Of a DNA stretch of 64,000 nt, positions 43,682 to 53,598 are shown one piece after another. The stretch lies in contig CAVQBA010000004.1 of assembly GCA_963710605.1 (NCBI GenBank), positions 544,001 to 608,000 on the forward strand. Reading direction: 5' to 3'. The first letter of the stretch is position 1. Every line of letters starts with the position of its first letter. The position numbers and the translations under genes are program-made. The DNA is from an uncultured cyanobacterium (GTDB taxonomy: Bacteria > Cyanobacteriota > Cyanobacteriia > Cyanobacteriales > Cyanobacteriaceae). The notes below the pieces were generated by a model, which was not told where the DNA came from, made no database searches, and saw nothing but the letters and a program-made list of their open reading frames with translations.

Positions 43682-44140
43682 TTATAAAAATCGAGTCAAA
43701 TCAAATTCGGTGGGGTTGTTGGTTTCAGGTTGCATTTCTTGGCTAAGAATGAGTAGTATTCTTTCGTGGTAATCGATCGCACCTTGTAGTTTTTCTTCTA
43801 AAACTTTTAAACCACCATTAGCATATTCTTCAAAGATAGTGATTATTTGTTGTTCACGATCGATATTTTGAGGCGATATAGTTTTCGGGTTATCAGTTTC
43901 AATTAAAGCCAACAATTGTAAAAAAGGTTCGTAACCACGAGAATGAAAGACTTCGATGCTAATAGGATCAGGTTTTTTCGATATTATTTCTAAAGGGCTT
44001 TTTTGCTGATATTTATATCCCAAACTAGCAGTAAACACCAAAATATCAGCATAAGTGGTAAAAACACCATCAGAATTATCAGAAGTACAAAGTAAGCTTT
44101 GGATTAAGTCAGTTTTGTCTTGAGCAATCCTAATTCTCAT
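43682..44140 (-). CDS. DNA phosphorothioation (dnd)-associated protein 4-like
   Basis: RIRIA.DK..L...L, F.TYAD...F.A.LG, IFEEYANGGL..L, FDLTRFL recalled from this family; ATGA overlap with tab2. Confidence 0.72.
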   Translation of the reverse strand: MRIRIAQDKTDLIQSLLCTSDNSDGVFTTYADILVFTASLGYKYQQKSPLEIISKKPDPISIEVFHSRGYEPFLQLLALIETDNPKTISPQNIDREQQIITIFEEYANGGLKVLEEKLQGAIDYHERILLILSQEMQPETNNPTEFDLTRFL

Positions 44141-45012
44141 ACGGTTTGATCCATTAACAGCCAAAAAGCGGCAAAAGATTCTGATTCAGGAGAAGATTGT
44201 ATTGCTAAAAAATGAACTCCTTGAGCATTTTGTTTTGTTTGCTCAAATCCTTCTCCTTCTTTAACAGTATTAGCATCGGTTAAATTAGCTAATACCCAAC
44301 TATCACTCACACCGGTTTCCAAACAAATGAGGGGAAATTCGTTTTTTTCTAACCTTAGATAACCTAACTCTAAACCAGACATCCAACCAGCTAAGGGTAA
44401 AGCACGACTAGAAAAAATAATTAAACCTGAAATTTTAGTCTCTGGTTTAATATCGGCTATTTCTAAGGGAAAAGCATCGCCAAAACTAATATCCCATTCG
44501 TTCATTTCTAATAAGTCAGCCGCAGTCAGACTAACTAATGCCCATCGATCTTTTTTATCTCCTTTGAGGGCATCAGGAAGTCTAATCGGATTAGTTTGCG
44601 GATATTTAATTGAAGCTGAGGGTTTGGCTGTTTCGTCGTATCCTTCTAATTCAGGATAAACAGATTGAATTCTTTCAATCAGCCATTTGTTTAACAGATA
44701 AGTATGACGAGAAGGAAAAACTGGTATTCCTAAATCTTCACAACCTTTGACTATCATATTGTTCATTTGACGACGGAAAAAACGAACTTTAGTCGGAGTA
44801 TCTCCTGATAATTCGATCGCATTGGTAATAGCATCTTTTAAAGTTAAGGAATTAACTTCTCCATTCAAACAAAATTGAGAATAACGAAACAAAGAATTTA
44901 TATCTGTATTAATATTATCGGGGCTTTCACAAATTAAAACTTCCCATTTCTTTTTTTTGTTTTCGTCTAAGATAGGACGAGAATAAAAATCTAATTCCCA
45001 AGTTTTTCCCAT
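44137..45012 (-). CDS. Tab2/Atab2 family RNA-binding protein (DUF1092)
   Basis: WELDFYSRPILDE..KK.WE.LIC, RFFR.QM..MI, HFLAIQ..P....FA.FWLL. Confidence 0.93.
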   Translation of the reverse strand: MGKTWELDFYSRPILDENKKKKWEVLICESPDNINTDINSLFRYSQFCLNGEVNSLTLKDAITNAIELSGDTPTKVRFFRRQMNNMIVKGCEDLGIPVFPSRHTYLLNKWLIERIQSVYPELEGYDETAKPSASIKYPQTNPIRLPDALKGDKKDRWALVSLTAADLLEMNEWDISFGDAFPLEIADIKPETKISGLIIFSSRALPLAGWMSGLELGYLRLEKNEFPLICLETGVSDSWVLANLTDANTVKEGEGFEQTKQNAQGVHFLAIQSSPESESFAAFWLLMDQTV

Positions 45013-45245
45013 GATATTCCTATTCTGTGGCTTTTTTTTAAAGACTTTGATTGATTGTTTTTACTTTAGTAATCATATCATCGTCAGACAAATATCTTGA
45101 CTTAAAAAGTTGTAGTCAAGACTTTAGTCTTTATATATTTATTAATTTGTTACACCAATTTGCAAACTAGCCTTGCAATAAATTACAAGGCTAATATCCT
45201 GTTCGTTTAATAAATTAAACTTAGAATATTGTAGATAGTCGAGTT

Positions 45246-45526
45246 GTAGGGTGGGTTAGGCATTTATTCATTAGCAACTTCAACAAATTCATTAATAACG
45301 AGTGCTTTAACTCATCATCTAATAAGCTCGATCGTTACTCTCGTAGGTTGGGTTAAGCCGTTAAAAACTTGACATCTAAACGACACATAATGAAGATAGC
45401 GAAACCCAACAACTAAAAGCTTTGTTTAAATCTTATTCTGATCATAAACAAATAAAATTATCACCAACAAATACCAATGATTCGATTATTTATTGATATT
45501 TGGTTTAATTTTTTAACTCAACCTAC
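45246..45526. repeat. Cluster of RAYT-associated REP copies (GTAGG(T/G)TGGGTT...AACCCAAC)
   Basis: Copies at 45246, 45343-45410 and a degenerate inverted copy at ~45500-45526. Confidence 0.7.
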
Positions 45527-45589
45527 TTTTGATTAATTTTTTTAATTTTAATATTGCTATTGAGTAAGATGTTGACAAGCTCGATCGTC

Positions 45590-46132
45590 CTATTCCCCAC
45601 CAATTTCATCTTTGAAAATAATCTCCTCATTTGCACCCCACATCAAATCATAATCTTGATTTTGGACATAACGATGAAAACTAGAATACTGCCAATCTTT
45701 CGGTGCTTTTACTAATTGATGATGGACGGGATTATAATGAATATATTCTACATGATTAATAAAATCTCGATCGTCTCTAATTTGATGCTCCCAAAAACGA
45801 CGTTGCCAAATAGCTTTTTCTCCCTTTTTCTTTCGAGATAAGGTCATTTTTCCTTGGTAATCAACCTGACATTTACGACTAAAATAACTTTTAATTAATC
45901 GCCAACGAGTAGAAAAATCGGCATCATTTTCGGGTAATGTCCAAAGACAATGAAGATGTTCGGGTAAAATAACGATCGCATCAATTTTAAACCGATGTTG
46001 TTTCATTACATACCTAAACGCTTCTCTCAACAAATCAATATTTTCTGATGTAGTTAAAATTGGACAACGACGGTGAGTAACAAGAGTAAAAAAATAGGTT
46101 GCTCCTGCTATTTTTGCTCGACGATATTGCAT
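45590..46132 (-). mobile_element. REP-associated tyrosine transposase (RAYT, Y1/HUH)
   Basis: YRR....G.TYFFT.VT, LPEHLHC.W.LP..D.DFS.RW..IK, WQRRFWEH.IRD, YIHYNPV, W.YSSF; flanked by GTAG REPs. Confidence 0.93.
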
Positions 46133-46147
46133 ATTATCATTATTAAT

Positions 46148-46176
46148 GTTGGGTTTCGTTCCTCAACCCAACCTAC
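46148..46176 (-). repeat. REP upstream of RAYT
   Basis: GTAGGTTGGGTTGAGGAACGAAACCCAAC: GTAG tetranucleotide plus imperfect hairpin. Confidence 0.85.
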
Positions 46177-46178
46177 TT

Positions 46179-47513
46179 TTAATTAATTGTTTTAACTTTT
46201 ATATTACTACTGGGTACGATCGTAATTCCTCTTCTAACAGGTTTAACTGTCTGCGGTGTCAATTCCAAATCGCAAAAACTAAACATCGTTTGCAAGATTA
46301 AACGCATTTCAAACAAAGAAAACGCCATGCCAATACAGCCTCGATGCCCGCCACCAAAAGGGAAAAACTCATAAGGAGAAAACTTACGCTCTAAAAATCT
46401 TTCGGGGCGAAATTCTAACGGTTGAGGATAAACTTCGGGGTTACGATGTGCTAAATAGATCGAAGGAATAACTACTGTCTGCGGTGGTAATAAATACTCT
46501 CCTAATTGATATTCATCGATCGTAATTCGAGGTTGAGAAATTAAAGCGATGGGATATAGTCTCAGGGTTTCGTTACAAACTGCTTCAAGATAATCGTTTT
46601 TATTAATTATTTGTAGATTAGATTGAGTCGATAACTCTTGCTGGAGTTTTTGCTTAACTTCAGGTTGAGACAAAACCCAATAGATAGCCCATGCTAAGGA
46701 AGAAGCCGTAGTTTCGTGTCCTAATAATAACAGGGTAATTAATTGATCTCGCAATTCTTGGTTCGTTAAACCTTGACCCTTCTCATCAGTGGCAGTTAGC
46801 AGTAAACTTAAAATATCAGTACGATCGCTAAAATTTTGACAATGACGACGCTCTTCAATCTCGGCATAAATAAGATCATCAATTTTTTTTTGTCGGCGAA
46901 TAAAACGCCCCCACGGACTCCATTTACCTAAATCTTGTTGTAAAAATTCAAAGAAAAAACACGTCGAGTAAAGCGGTTGCGTAATTTCTTCGAGCAGTTC
47001 ACCAATCAAATGTTGTAGGGCTTGATAACGTTCTCCTTCCTTGATACCAAAGACAACTTGTAAAATAATTTCTAAGGTTATATCGGCTAAATATGGGCGT
47101 AGAGAGAATTCTTCTTTATTTGGAAATCTAGCTAAATTTTTTCTTGTAATCTCAATAATTTCTTCTGTATAGGTTTTCATGCGATCGCCATGAAGAGGAG
47201 GCATCATTAATTTACGTTGCCTTAAATGCTCTTTACCATCAAGCATAATCAACGATCGATTTCCTGTTAGAGGGCGAAAAACATGGGTTACTTTACCTAA
47301 AGCAAAGGTATTTAAAGGGGCTGTAAAAATTTCTTCGACTTTACTAGGTTCGCCAATAAAGACTACTTTGGGATTATTTGAGCCTAATACACCTGCGGTA
47401 AAAACATTACCTTGAGTAGCTAAATGATGATCGAAAAAAGCGATCGGATTACGAACTAAATTAAAAATTTGGACTAGATTAGGAGTGGTTAAAGCGGGAG
47501 GAAAAGTAAACAT
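46179..47513 (-). CDS. Cytochrome P450 (CYP110-like)
   Basis: LGHETTA, ETLR, PERF, FGGGHRGCIG heme ligand. Confidence 0.95.
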   Translation of the reverse strand: MFTFPPALTTPNLVQIFNLVRNPIAFFDHHLATQGNVFTAGVLGSNNPKVVFIGEPSKVEEIFTAPLNTFALGKVTHVFRPLTGNRSLIMLDGKEHLRQRKLMMPPLHGDRMKTYTEEIIEITRKNLARFPNKEEFSLRPYLADITLEIILQVVFGIKEGERYQALQHLIGELLEEITQPLYSTCFFFEFLQQDLGKWSPWGRFIRRQKKIDDLIYAEIEERRHCQNFSDRTDILSLLLTATDEKGQGLTNQELRDQLITLLLLGHETTASSLAWAIYWVLSQPEVKQKLQQELSTQSNLQIINKNDYLEAVCNETLRLYPIALISQPRITIDEYQLGEYLLPPQTVVIPSIYLAHRNPEVYPQPLEFRPERFLERKFSPYEFFPFGGGHRGCIGMAFSLFEMRLILQTMFSFCDLELTPQTVKPVRRGITIVPSSNIKVKTIN

Positions 47514-47634
47514 AATGAAGAATGAAGAATGGAGAATGGAGAATTAAAAACAAGTCAAAAGGGCACTCGTGCAAAGATAATAGTTGCTCATTTGCTTGTA
47601 GTACCATCAAACATAATTACGCCAATCAATGGAC

Positions 47635-47855
47635 GATCCCCCCCATCCCCCCTTCGGTAAGGGGGGAGATTCGGGGTTTAAAACCCGTAATTTTTTGATA
47701 ATAAAAGTAGTACAAGCCTTGCACCCTCTACTTATGGGCAATATCTCGATCGTTTTCTTACTTAACTAAATAAACATAATTAATATTAGTTTGATTTTTC
47801 ACAGCTACATTTACATTTAGCAAGTCCCCCTTCCAAAGGGGGATTTAGGGGGATT
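47635..47855. repeat. CCCCC-N-GGGGG small dispersed repeats (two copies)
   Basis: CCCCCCTTCGGTAAGGGGGG and CCCCCTTCCAAAGGGGGATTTAGGGGG; relatives at ~9287, ~40984 and ~53632. Confidence 0.75.
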
Positions 47856-47858
47856 TAT

Positions 47859-49343
47859 CTAATTTTTTAGTTTTTGATTAAGAATTTTATTTGCCAATTT
47901 AGGATCAGCTTTACCACCAGTTACCTTCATAATTTGACCAACAAAAAAGCCTTGTAATTTGTTCTTTCCTGCTCGATATTGTTCTAACTTCTCAGGATTA
48001 TCGGCTAATACTTTATCAATTATTGCACCTAACTCATCAGGATCAGAAATAGCCATTAAGCCTCTGCTTTCAACTATTTTCTTAGGTGAGCCACCTTTTT
48101 CTAACAACTCAGGCAAGATTTCCTTGGCTATTTTGCCGCTAATTGTGCCTTTTTCGATCAAACTAATCAATTCGGCTAACATCTCAGGTTTAAGGGCAAT
48201 TTGAGTAATATCTAAATCCAACTTGCTGTTCAAATATGCCGCTATATCTTGAGTAATCCAGTTAGCGGCATTTTTAGCGGTAACGCCACCTGCAACTACT
48301 GTTTCAAAATAATTAGCTACATCTCGATCGTCTGTAAGTACAGTAGCATCATAAGCAGACAAACCAAATTCTTCTACATAACGAGTTAGTTTTTGGGCTG
48401 GTAATTCAGGTAAGGTTTTGCCAATATCTTCTAATTGAGCGTCACTAACTACCAAAGGAGGTAAATCAGGTTCAGGAAAATAACGATAATCGCTTGAACC
48501 TTCTTTGATTCTCATACTAAATGTTTGTTGACTACTTTCATCCCACAAACGTGTTTCTTGAAGGATTTCTTCATCATTACCGATCGCTTCTATTTGTCTT
48601 TCTATTTCATATTCGATCGCTTTTTGGATGGCACTAAAAGAGTTCATATTTTTGATCTCAACTTTCACGCCAAATTCTTCTCTACCTTCAGGGCGTACGG
48701 AAATATTGACATCACAACGAAGCGAACCTTCTTGCATATTGCCATCACCAATACCCAAATAACGCACGATTCGACGTAATTGTTGGGCATATTCGGCGGC
48801 TTCTTTACCACTACGTAAATCTGGTTCAGAGACGATTTCTAGTAACGGTACACCTGTACGATTAAAGTCAACTAAAGAATGGGTTGAACCTGCAAGACGA
48901 TCGCTTCCTGCATGGACTAGTTTACCTGCATCTTCTTCCATGTGTAAACGAGTCACACCGATCGTTTTTTTGACTATTTCTTTGGTGTTATCGTCAATAA
49001 ATTCAATGTCTAATTTACCGTGTTCGACGATAGGTAAATCAAATTGAGAAATTTGGTAATTTTTAGGTAAGTCAGCGTAAAAATATTGTTTACGATCGAA
49101 TTTACTATAGCGAGTAATTTGCCCATCTAAAGCCAAACCCATTTTGATTGCCGAATTTAATACTTCTTCGTTTAAAACAGGTAAAACACCGGGATGTCCC
49201 AAGCAAACAGGACAAATGTTAGTATTAGGAGGGCTATCAAATTTAGTGGAACAATTACAAAAAATTTTGGTATTGGTGTTAAGTTGACAATGAGTTTCTA
49301 AACCAATAACTGCTTCGTATTTGGTTTGAGTCGCTGTGGTCAT
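47859..49343 (-). CDS. gatB: Asp/Glu-tRNA amidotransferase subunit B
   Basis: [49 protein letters not shown]. Confidence 0.98.
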   Translation of the reverse strand: MTTATQTKYEAVIGLETHCQLNTNTKIFCNCSTKFDSPPNTNICPVCLGHPGVLPVLNEEVLNSAIKMGLALDGQITRYSKFDRKQYFYADLPKNYQISQFDLPIVEHGKLDIEFIDDNTKEIVKKTIGVTRLHMEEDAGKLVHAGSDRLAGSTHSLVDFNRTGVPLLEIVSEPDLRSGKEAAEYAQQLRRIVRYLGIGDGNMQEGSLRCDVNISVRPEGREEFGVKVEIKNMNSFSAIQKAIEYEIERQIEAIGNDEEILQETRLWDESSQQTFSMRIKEGSSDYRYFPEPDLPPLVVSDAQLEDIGKTLPELPAQKLTRYVEEFGLSAYDATVLTDDRDVANYFETVVAGGVTAKNAANWITQDIAAYLNSKLDLDITQIALKPEMLAELISLIEKGTISGKIAKEILPELLEKGGSPKKIVESRGLMAISDPDELGAIIDKVLADNPEKLEQYRAGKNKLQGFFVGQIMKVTGGKADPKLANKILNQKLKN

Positions 49344-49487
49344 ATATTCTCTTAATTGCTAATAAAGTAAATTCTAACGATCGACGTATTCTTAAATATT
49401 ATTGTAACTTGAATTATCGATCGTGGGCTTATTTTAAATCTACACCTTATATCAAGTTAGGTTTTTGATACATGCAGAAGTCATTCT

Positions 49488-49865
49488 TTAAATATTTCTT
49501 ACTGGTTCGATCGTTACATTTCCTCCTGCAAAAACTTGCATTGTAAGTTGATAACCTTCCATTAATGACATCCCTACAAGAGGCTCTGAATCAGCTTTAT
49601 CAATTGGAATTTTAAGGTAACTTCCATTCCAAATAATAACAGCTTCGTAAACATTGAAAATACACTCGCTACCATCTCCCAAAATAGCTCGTCCTCGTCT
49701 TTTCCATCTCAAATTTAACTTAGTGATTAAATCTAGAGGCAATGAAAGCCAACCGTTAAAACCAGTATCTATAATTGCATCTTGTGTGTAAGTAGTTCCA
49801 TTTGAGCTATAAAGTGATAAAGTAATAATAGCCTCAAAATCCGTATTTACAGTTCCAGTAATCAT
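49488..49865 (-). CDS. Clan AA (retropepsin-like) aspartic protease
   Basis: AIIDTGF catalytic motif, LGDG, PLVGMSL; ATG overlaps the upstream stop (TAATG). Confidence 0.85.
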   Translation of the reverse strand: MITGTVNTDFEAIITLSLYSSNGTTYTQDAIIDTGFNGWLSLPLDLITKLNLRWKRRGRAILGDGSECIFNVYEAVIIWNGSYLKIPIDKADSEPLVGMSLMEGYQLTMQVFAGGNVTIEPVRNI

Positions 49866-50134
49866 TAGGTTTTTTTTGTTCGTCCAGCAAACCGACGTAC
49901 ATGACGAGAGCCGATACGAACCATCCAAATTTGTGCATCGGGATGACGAGCTTCAAGGCGATCGCAAGCAGTAATTTCATTTCGATCTATTTCAAAATCT
50001 CCTGTTTTAAGATCGATTGCAACAATATTACCATCATTTCCTGCCTCAATTTGAGGTTTAATCTGAGTTTCGTAGATATAATCACCCCGCCTTGCATATT
50101 CTTCTTTAGTATATTGAGGTTGTCGAACTGTCAT
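49865..50134 (-). CDS. Small hypothetical protein (DUF5678-like) paired with the aspartic protease
   Basis: RRG..IYE..I.P, G.IVAID..TGDFE, P.AQIW..RIG. Confidence 0.7.
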   Translation of the reverse strand: MTVRQPQYTKEEYARRGDYIYETQIKPQIEAGNDGNIVAIDLKTGDFEIDRNEITACDRLEARHPDAQIWMVRIGSRHVRRFAGRTKKT

Positions 50135-50403
50135 GAGAATAACTCTGTTTAATATTGATATTTCTATTTTAATAATTATTAGCGATCGATTTAATTGCTT
50201 CCCAATCAAAAATTCTGACTACAAATACTATCAATATTTTACTTTAACTTGAATTCTCGATCGAATATTCTACATTTTGTTTTAGTTGTATCGAATAGCA
50301 CTATCTGTTTTGTAGTAATGGCTTTAGCCGTTAACAGTTATATTAGGATGAGAAACTTTTACATAGTTGACTACAAACTTACTTTTATGCAAGGCGAGAA
50401 AAT

Positions 50404-51276
50404 TTATTCCCCTGCACTCATCTTTTTTAAATTAATTTTATTAGCGATCGATTCTAAACCTAAAAATAATGATTTAGTCGCCTCCGAATCTGGTTTGTAA
50501 TTAGCAGGTACTAAATTAGTCAATCTTTGGCTACGAGTAATTCTTTCTTGGTGAACCCATTCACTCCCTGTTTTATCATCAGCATAAACTCCTAAAGAGA
50601 TACCACCATATTCATTAATTGCACTATAACAAGATAAATCCGACGATCCATCACCAATATAAATAATTTGATCTAAAGGTATGTATAAATCATTTGTAGG
50701 TATGTCTCGATAATTATAAATCAAATCTTTATCGTTTTCTTCGTCAACTCCTTTAGAAATTGTATATAAATAACGGACTTTTTCAGTATGAGTCATTTGT
50801 CGTTTCATACACTCAATCTCGCCTTTTTCGTTATAGTGTATTTCGCAACCCCATATTTCTTTAAAATATTTAGCAACGCTTGTACCACGAGCAATATCGA
50901 CAAAACCGCCTGAGATTAAATAAAATTCAAGGTCAATTTCGCTATTTATTTCTTGTATTTTGGCAATTAAACGATCGAATAGCGTCTCTATTCCTGGACA
51001 CAATGGAATTGTTTTACCTAAATCGGTAATTTTATCTTTGGTAATTTTATTATTTGTTCGTTTTGCTGATTCTTTACCTAAATAATAAGCTCGTGCCAAA
51101 TAATGTTCCCAATCTTCTTCTTCTATTACTGGTTTAATTACACCATCAATAAATTCAGATTTATCTATATCGCAGTGTTTGAGTAAGGCATAGAAGCTAT
51201 CGACGGGAATAACAGTTCGATCGAAATCAAAAACAATGGCAATACGATTAAAAACTGGTTGAGTAACCTGATTCAT
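50404..51276 (-). CDS. HAD-superfamily hydrolase
   Basis: IVFDFDRT, YLISGG, IYIGDGSSD. Confidence 0.85.
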   Translation of the reverse strand: MNQVTQPVFNRIAIVFDFDRTVIPVDSFYALLKHCDIDKSEFIDGVIKPVIEEEDWEHYLARAYYLGKESAKRTNNKITKDKITDLGKTIPLCPGIETLFDRLIAKIQEINSEIDLEFYLISGGFVDIARGTSVAKYFKEIWGCEIHYNEKGEIECMKRQMTHTEKVRYLYTISKGVDEENDKDLIYNYRDIPTNDLYIPLDQIIYIGDGSSDLSCYSAINEYGGISLGVYADDKTGSEWVHQERITRSQRLTNLVPANYKPDSEATKSLFLGLESIANKINLKKMSAGE

Positions 51277-51296
51277 TAGATTTTAATAAATAATAG

Positions 51297-51399
51297 TGTA
51301 GTAGTTTCAAATAAAAACCAATCATGATGTAGGGACGTTGCAGTGCAACGTCCCTACCAAGTATTTTACTTTGTTGGGAAATTAATTGAAATGACTATA
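51297..51399. mobile_element. ISY100-like MITE carrying a GTAG palindrome
   Basis: Ends TGTAGTAGTTTCAAATAAAAACCAATCA (+) and TATAGTCATTTCAATTAATTTCCCAACA (-) bracket the REP at 51329-51357; partial sibling at 36402-36480. Confidence 0.7.
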
Positions 51400-51769
51400 A
51401 ATAAAATAGAAAACTTTAATTTACTTATCGTTTTGTAGAAGTAGTTCACTGACAAACAAAATAACGACATAAATAAAGGTTAATTATAATTAAGTAATAA
51501 AACAATAATTTTTTTTTTACCGTTCAAAATAATCGCTATTCAATTATTATTAGCTATCTTCATCATTTATAGTCTCTTATTGTAAGGGTTAAAGTAGATT
51601 TTTAAGTTACTCGATCGTCTTTGAAGTAGTAATTTTGATTCTAATTATAAATTTATGATTGTTGATAAAACAGCAACAATGTGTCTTGAAAATTAAGTAT
51701 TGTTAAACTTATAAATCCTGATTAAGATAAAGCTAGATTATCTAGATATTAAACAATTAAAAAATTAAA

Positions 51770-52009
51770 ATGGCAGAACCAGTAATTGCAGATAAAAAAT
51801 CCGTAGTGATGGAATTAGAACCAGGTACATATTCTTGGTGTAGTTGCGGAAAATCCGAAAATCAGCCATTTTGTGATGGCTCTCACAAAGGTAGTGAATT
51901 CAAATCTCTCAAATTCACGATCGAAGAAAAAAAGAAAGTATCACTTTGTTTATGCAAACATACAGGTAATCCTCCTTACTGTGACGGTAGCCATCGTAAT
52001 TTAGACTAG
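51770..52009 (+). CDS. CDGSH iron-sulfur domain protein (two CDGSH motifs)
   Basis: WCSCGKS..QPFCDGSH and LCLCK.T..PPYCDGSH. Confidence 0.95.
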   Translation: MAEPVIADKKSVVMELEPGTYSWCSCGKSENQPFCDGSHKGSEFKSLKFTIEEKKKVSLCLCKHTGNPPYCDGSHRNLD

Positions 52010-52070
52010 TTAGCAATTTGGATCGACAAGACAAACTGTAACAAAACTTAAACATAATTAATCAGACTCC

Positions 52071-52113
52071 GTATCGTTTGATACAGTTATTTTGAAAAGA
52101 TTTTTGTTAATTT
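52071..52113 (+). promoter_or_regulatory. NtcA-activated promoter of the guanidine operon
   Basis: GTA-TCGTTTGA-TAC (52071-52084), then 23 nt, then extended -10 TG-T-TAATTT (52108-52113), just before the riboswitch. Confidence 0.8.
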
Positions 52114-52122
52114 GAGTCTAAA

Positions 52123-52256
52123 GTTTCTAGGGTTCCGACATATTTGCTATTAATTAGATAAATAAGTGACTGGTCCAAGAGAAACAAGCTACTAACTCAG
52201 GTTAAAAAATCAAGAAAATAATGGTAGCTACACGGAGGGAAAAAAGCCCGGGAGAG
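52123..52256 (+). ncRNA. Guanidine-I (ykkC-yxkD) riboswitch aptamer
   Basis: Conserved blocks TTTCTAGGGTTCCG, CTGGTCCAAGAGAAAC, ACACGGAGGGA-AAAAGCCCGGGAG; upstream of a guanidine hydrolase. Confidence 0.93.
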
Positions 52257-52301
52257 TAGGTGCAACGAATGGTGCATCGAGACGTTACTCTTCTGGGTTT
52301 T
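52243..52301 (+). terminator. Riboswitch expression-platform terminator
   Basis: AAAGCCCGGGAGAGTA (aptamer 3' end) pairs with TACTCTTCTGGGTTTT at 52286-52301. Confidence 0.7.
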
Positions 52302-52350
52302 GTCATTGATGTACCAGCAAATAATCAACAATTTTTTTGGTAATAAATTT

Positions 52351-53514
52351 ATGAGTAATCAACCCAACGATCGAAGCGAAGCTAACGAAGCATTAGAAAA
52401 AGAAACTCACCTTCCCCTCACAGGATGGCAACAAGAAGTAGATCAAGGTTTGGACTATGGATTAGAAGCCGCCGATAGTATCAAAGATCGGACTATCTCC
52501 ACTTTTTCTCGTGGTGAATTACCTCACTATGCAGGGATTAATACTTTTCTCAAAGCACCTTATATAGAAGATGTAAAGAAAGTAGGTGAATATGATGTAG
52601 CGATCGTTGGTGTACCCCACGATTCTGGTACTACCTACCGTCCTGGGACTCGTTTTGGTCCTCAAGGGATTCGCAAAATTAGTGCTTTATATACACCCTA
52701 TAACTTTGAATTTGGAGTAGATTTAAGAGAACAAATTACTCTATGTGATGTAGGAGACATCTTTACAATTCCTGCTAATAACGAAAAATCTTTCGATCAA
52801 ATTTCTAAAGGTATATCGCATATTTTCAAGTCTGGTGCTTTACCAATTATTTTAGGAGGAGATCATTCGATCGGTTTTCCCACAGTTAGAGGGATTTGTC
52901 GTCATTTAGGAGATAAAAAAATTGGCATCATTCATTTCGATCGTCATGTAGATACCCAAGAAACTGATTTAGACGAAAGAATGCACACTTGTCCTTGGTT
53001 TCATGCCACAAATATGGCAAATGCACCAGCGGAAAACCTCGTTCAACTAGGTATTGGTGGTTGGCAAGTACCTCGCCCAGGTGTTAAAGTGTGTCGAGAA
53101 AGAGCGACTAATATCCTTACCGTAACCGATATTACCGAAATGGGTTTGGATGCCGCCGCTGATTTTGCGATCGCTAAAGCCACTGATGGTACAGATTGTG
53201 TTTGGATTAGTTTTGATATAGATTGTATCGATGCGGGTTTTGTACCAGGTACGGGTTGGCCAGAGCCAGGTGGTTTAATGCCTCGTGAAGCTCTTTATCT
53301 CTTGAAAAAAATTATTCAAAATACTACTGTTGCGGGTATTGAAGTAGTTGAAGTTTCTCCTCCTTACGATGTCAGCGATATGACAGCATTAATGGCAACT
53401 CGTGTTATTTGTGATGCGATGGCTCATTTAGTGATTTCTGGGCAACTACCTCGTACTGAAAAACCCGACTATATTCACGAGGAAGAACAAGTAGTTGACG
53501 AACCTTGGAGTTAA
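52351..53514 (+). CDS. gdmH: Guanidine hydrolase (arginase/agmatinase fold, Ni-dependent, Sll1077-like)
   Basis: GELPHYAGINTF, TYRPGTRFGP, GGDHSIG, HFDRHVD, WFH, SFDIDCID, WPEPGG; context of guanidine riboswitch plus hypA/hypB; ATG at 52351. Confidence 0.9.
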   Translation: MSNQPNDRSEANEALEKETHLPLTGWQQEVDQGLDYGLEAADSIKDRTISTFSRGELPHYAGINTFLKAPYIEDVKKVGEYDVAIVGVPHDSGTTYRPGTRFGPQGIRKISALYTPYNFEFGVDLREQITLCDVGDIFTIPANNEKSFDQISKGISHIFKSGALPIILGGDHSIGFPTVRGICRHLGDKKIGIIHFDRHVDTQETDLDERMHTCPWFHATNMANAPAENLVQLGIGGWQVPRPGVKVCRERATNILTVTDITEMGLDAAADFAIAKATDGTDCVWISFDIDCIDAGFVPGTGWPEPGGLMPREALYLLKKIIQNTTVAGIEVVEVSPPYDVSDMTALMATRVICDAMAHLVISGQLPRTEKPDYIHEEEQVVDEPWS

Positions 53515-53598
53515 AAAAGTTAACAGTTAAAAGTTAAGAGTTAAAAGTTATTGCTCTCTCAATGGGTAAAACAATGGTTATTAATTACTTATTATTAA

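Noticed and set aside
52300-53514. Annotation as agmatinase speB with the start at 52300
   Set aside because: The riboswitch and hypA/hypB context indicate guanidine hydrolase; the 52300 start overlaps the terminator, so ATG 52351 is preferred.
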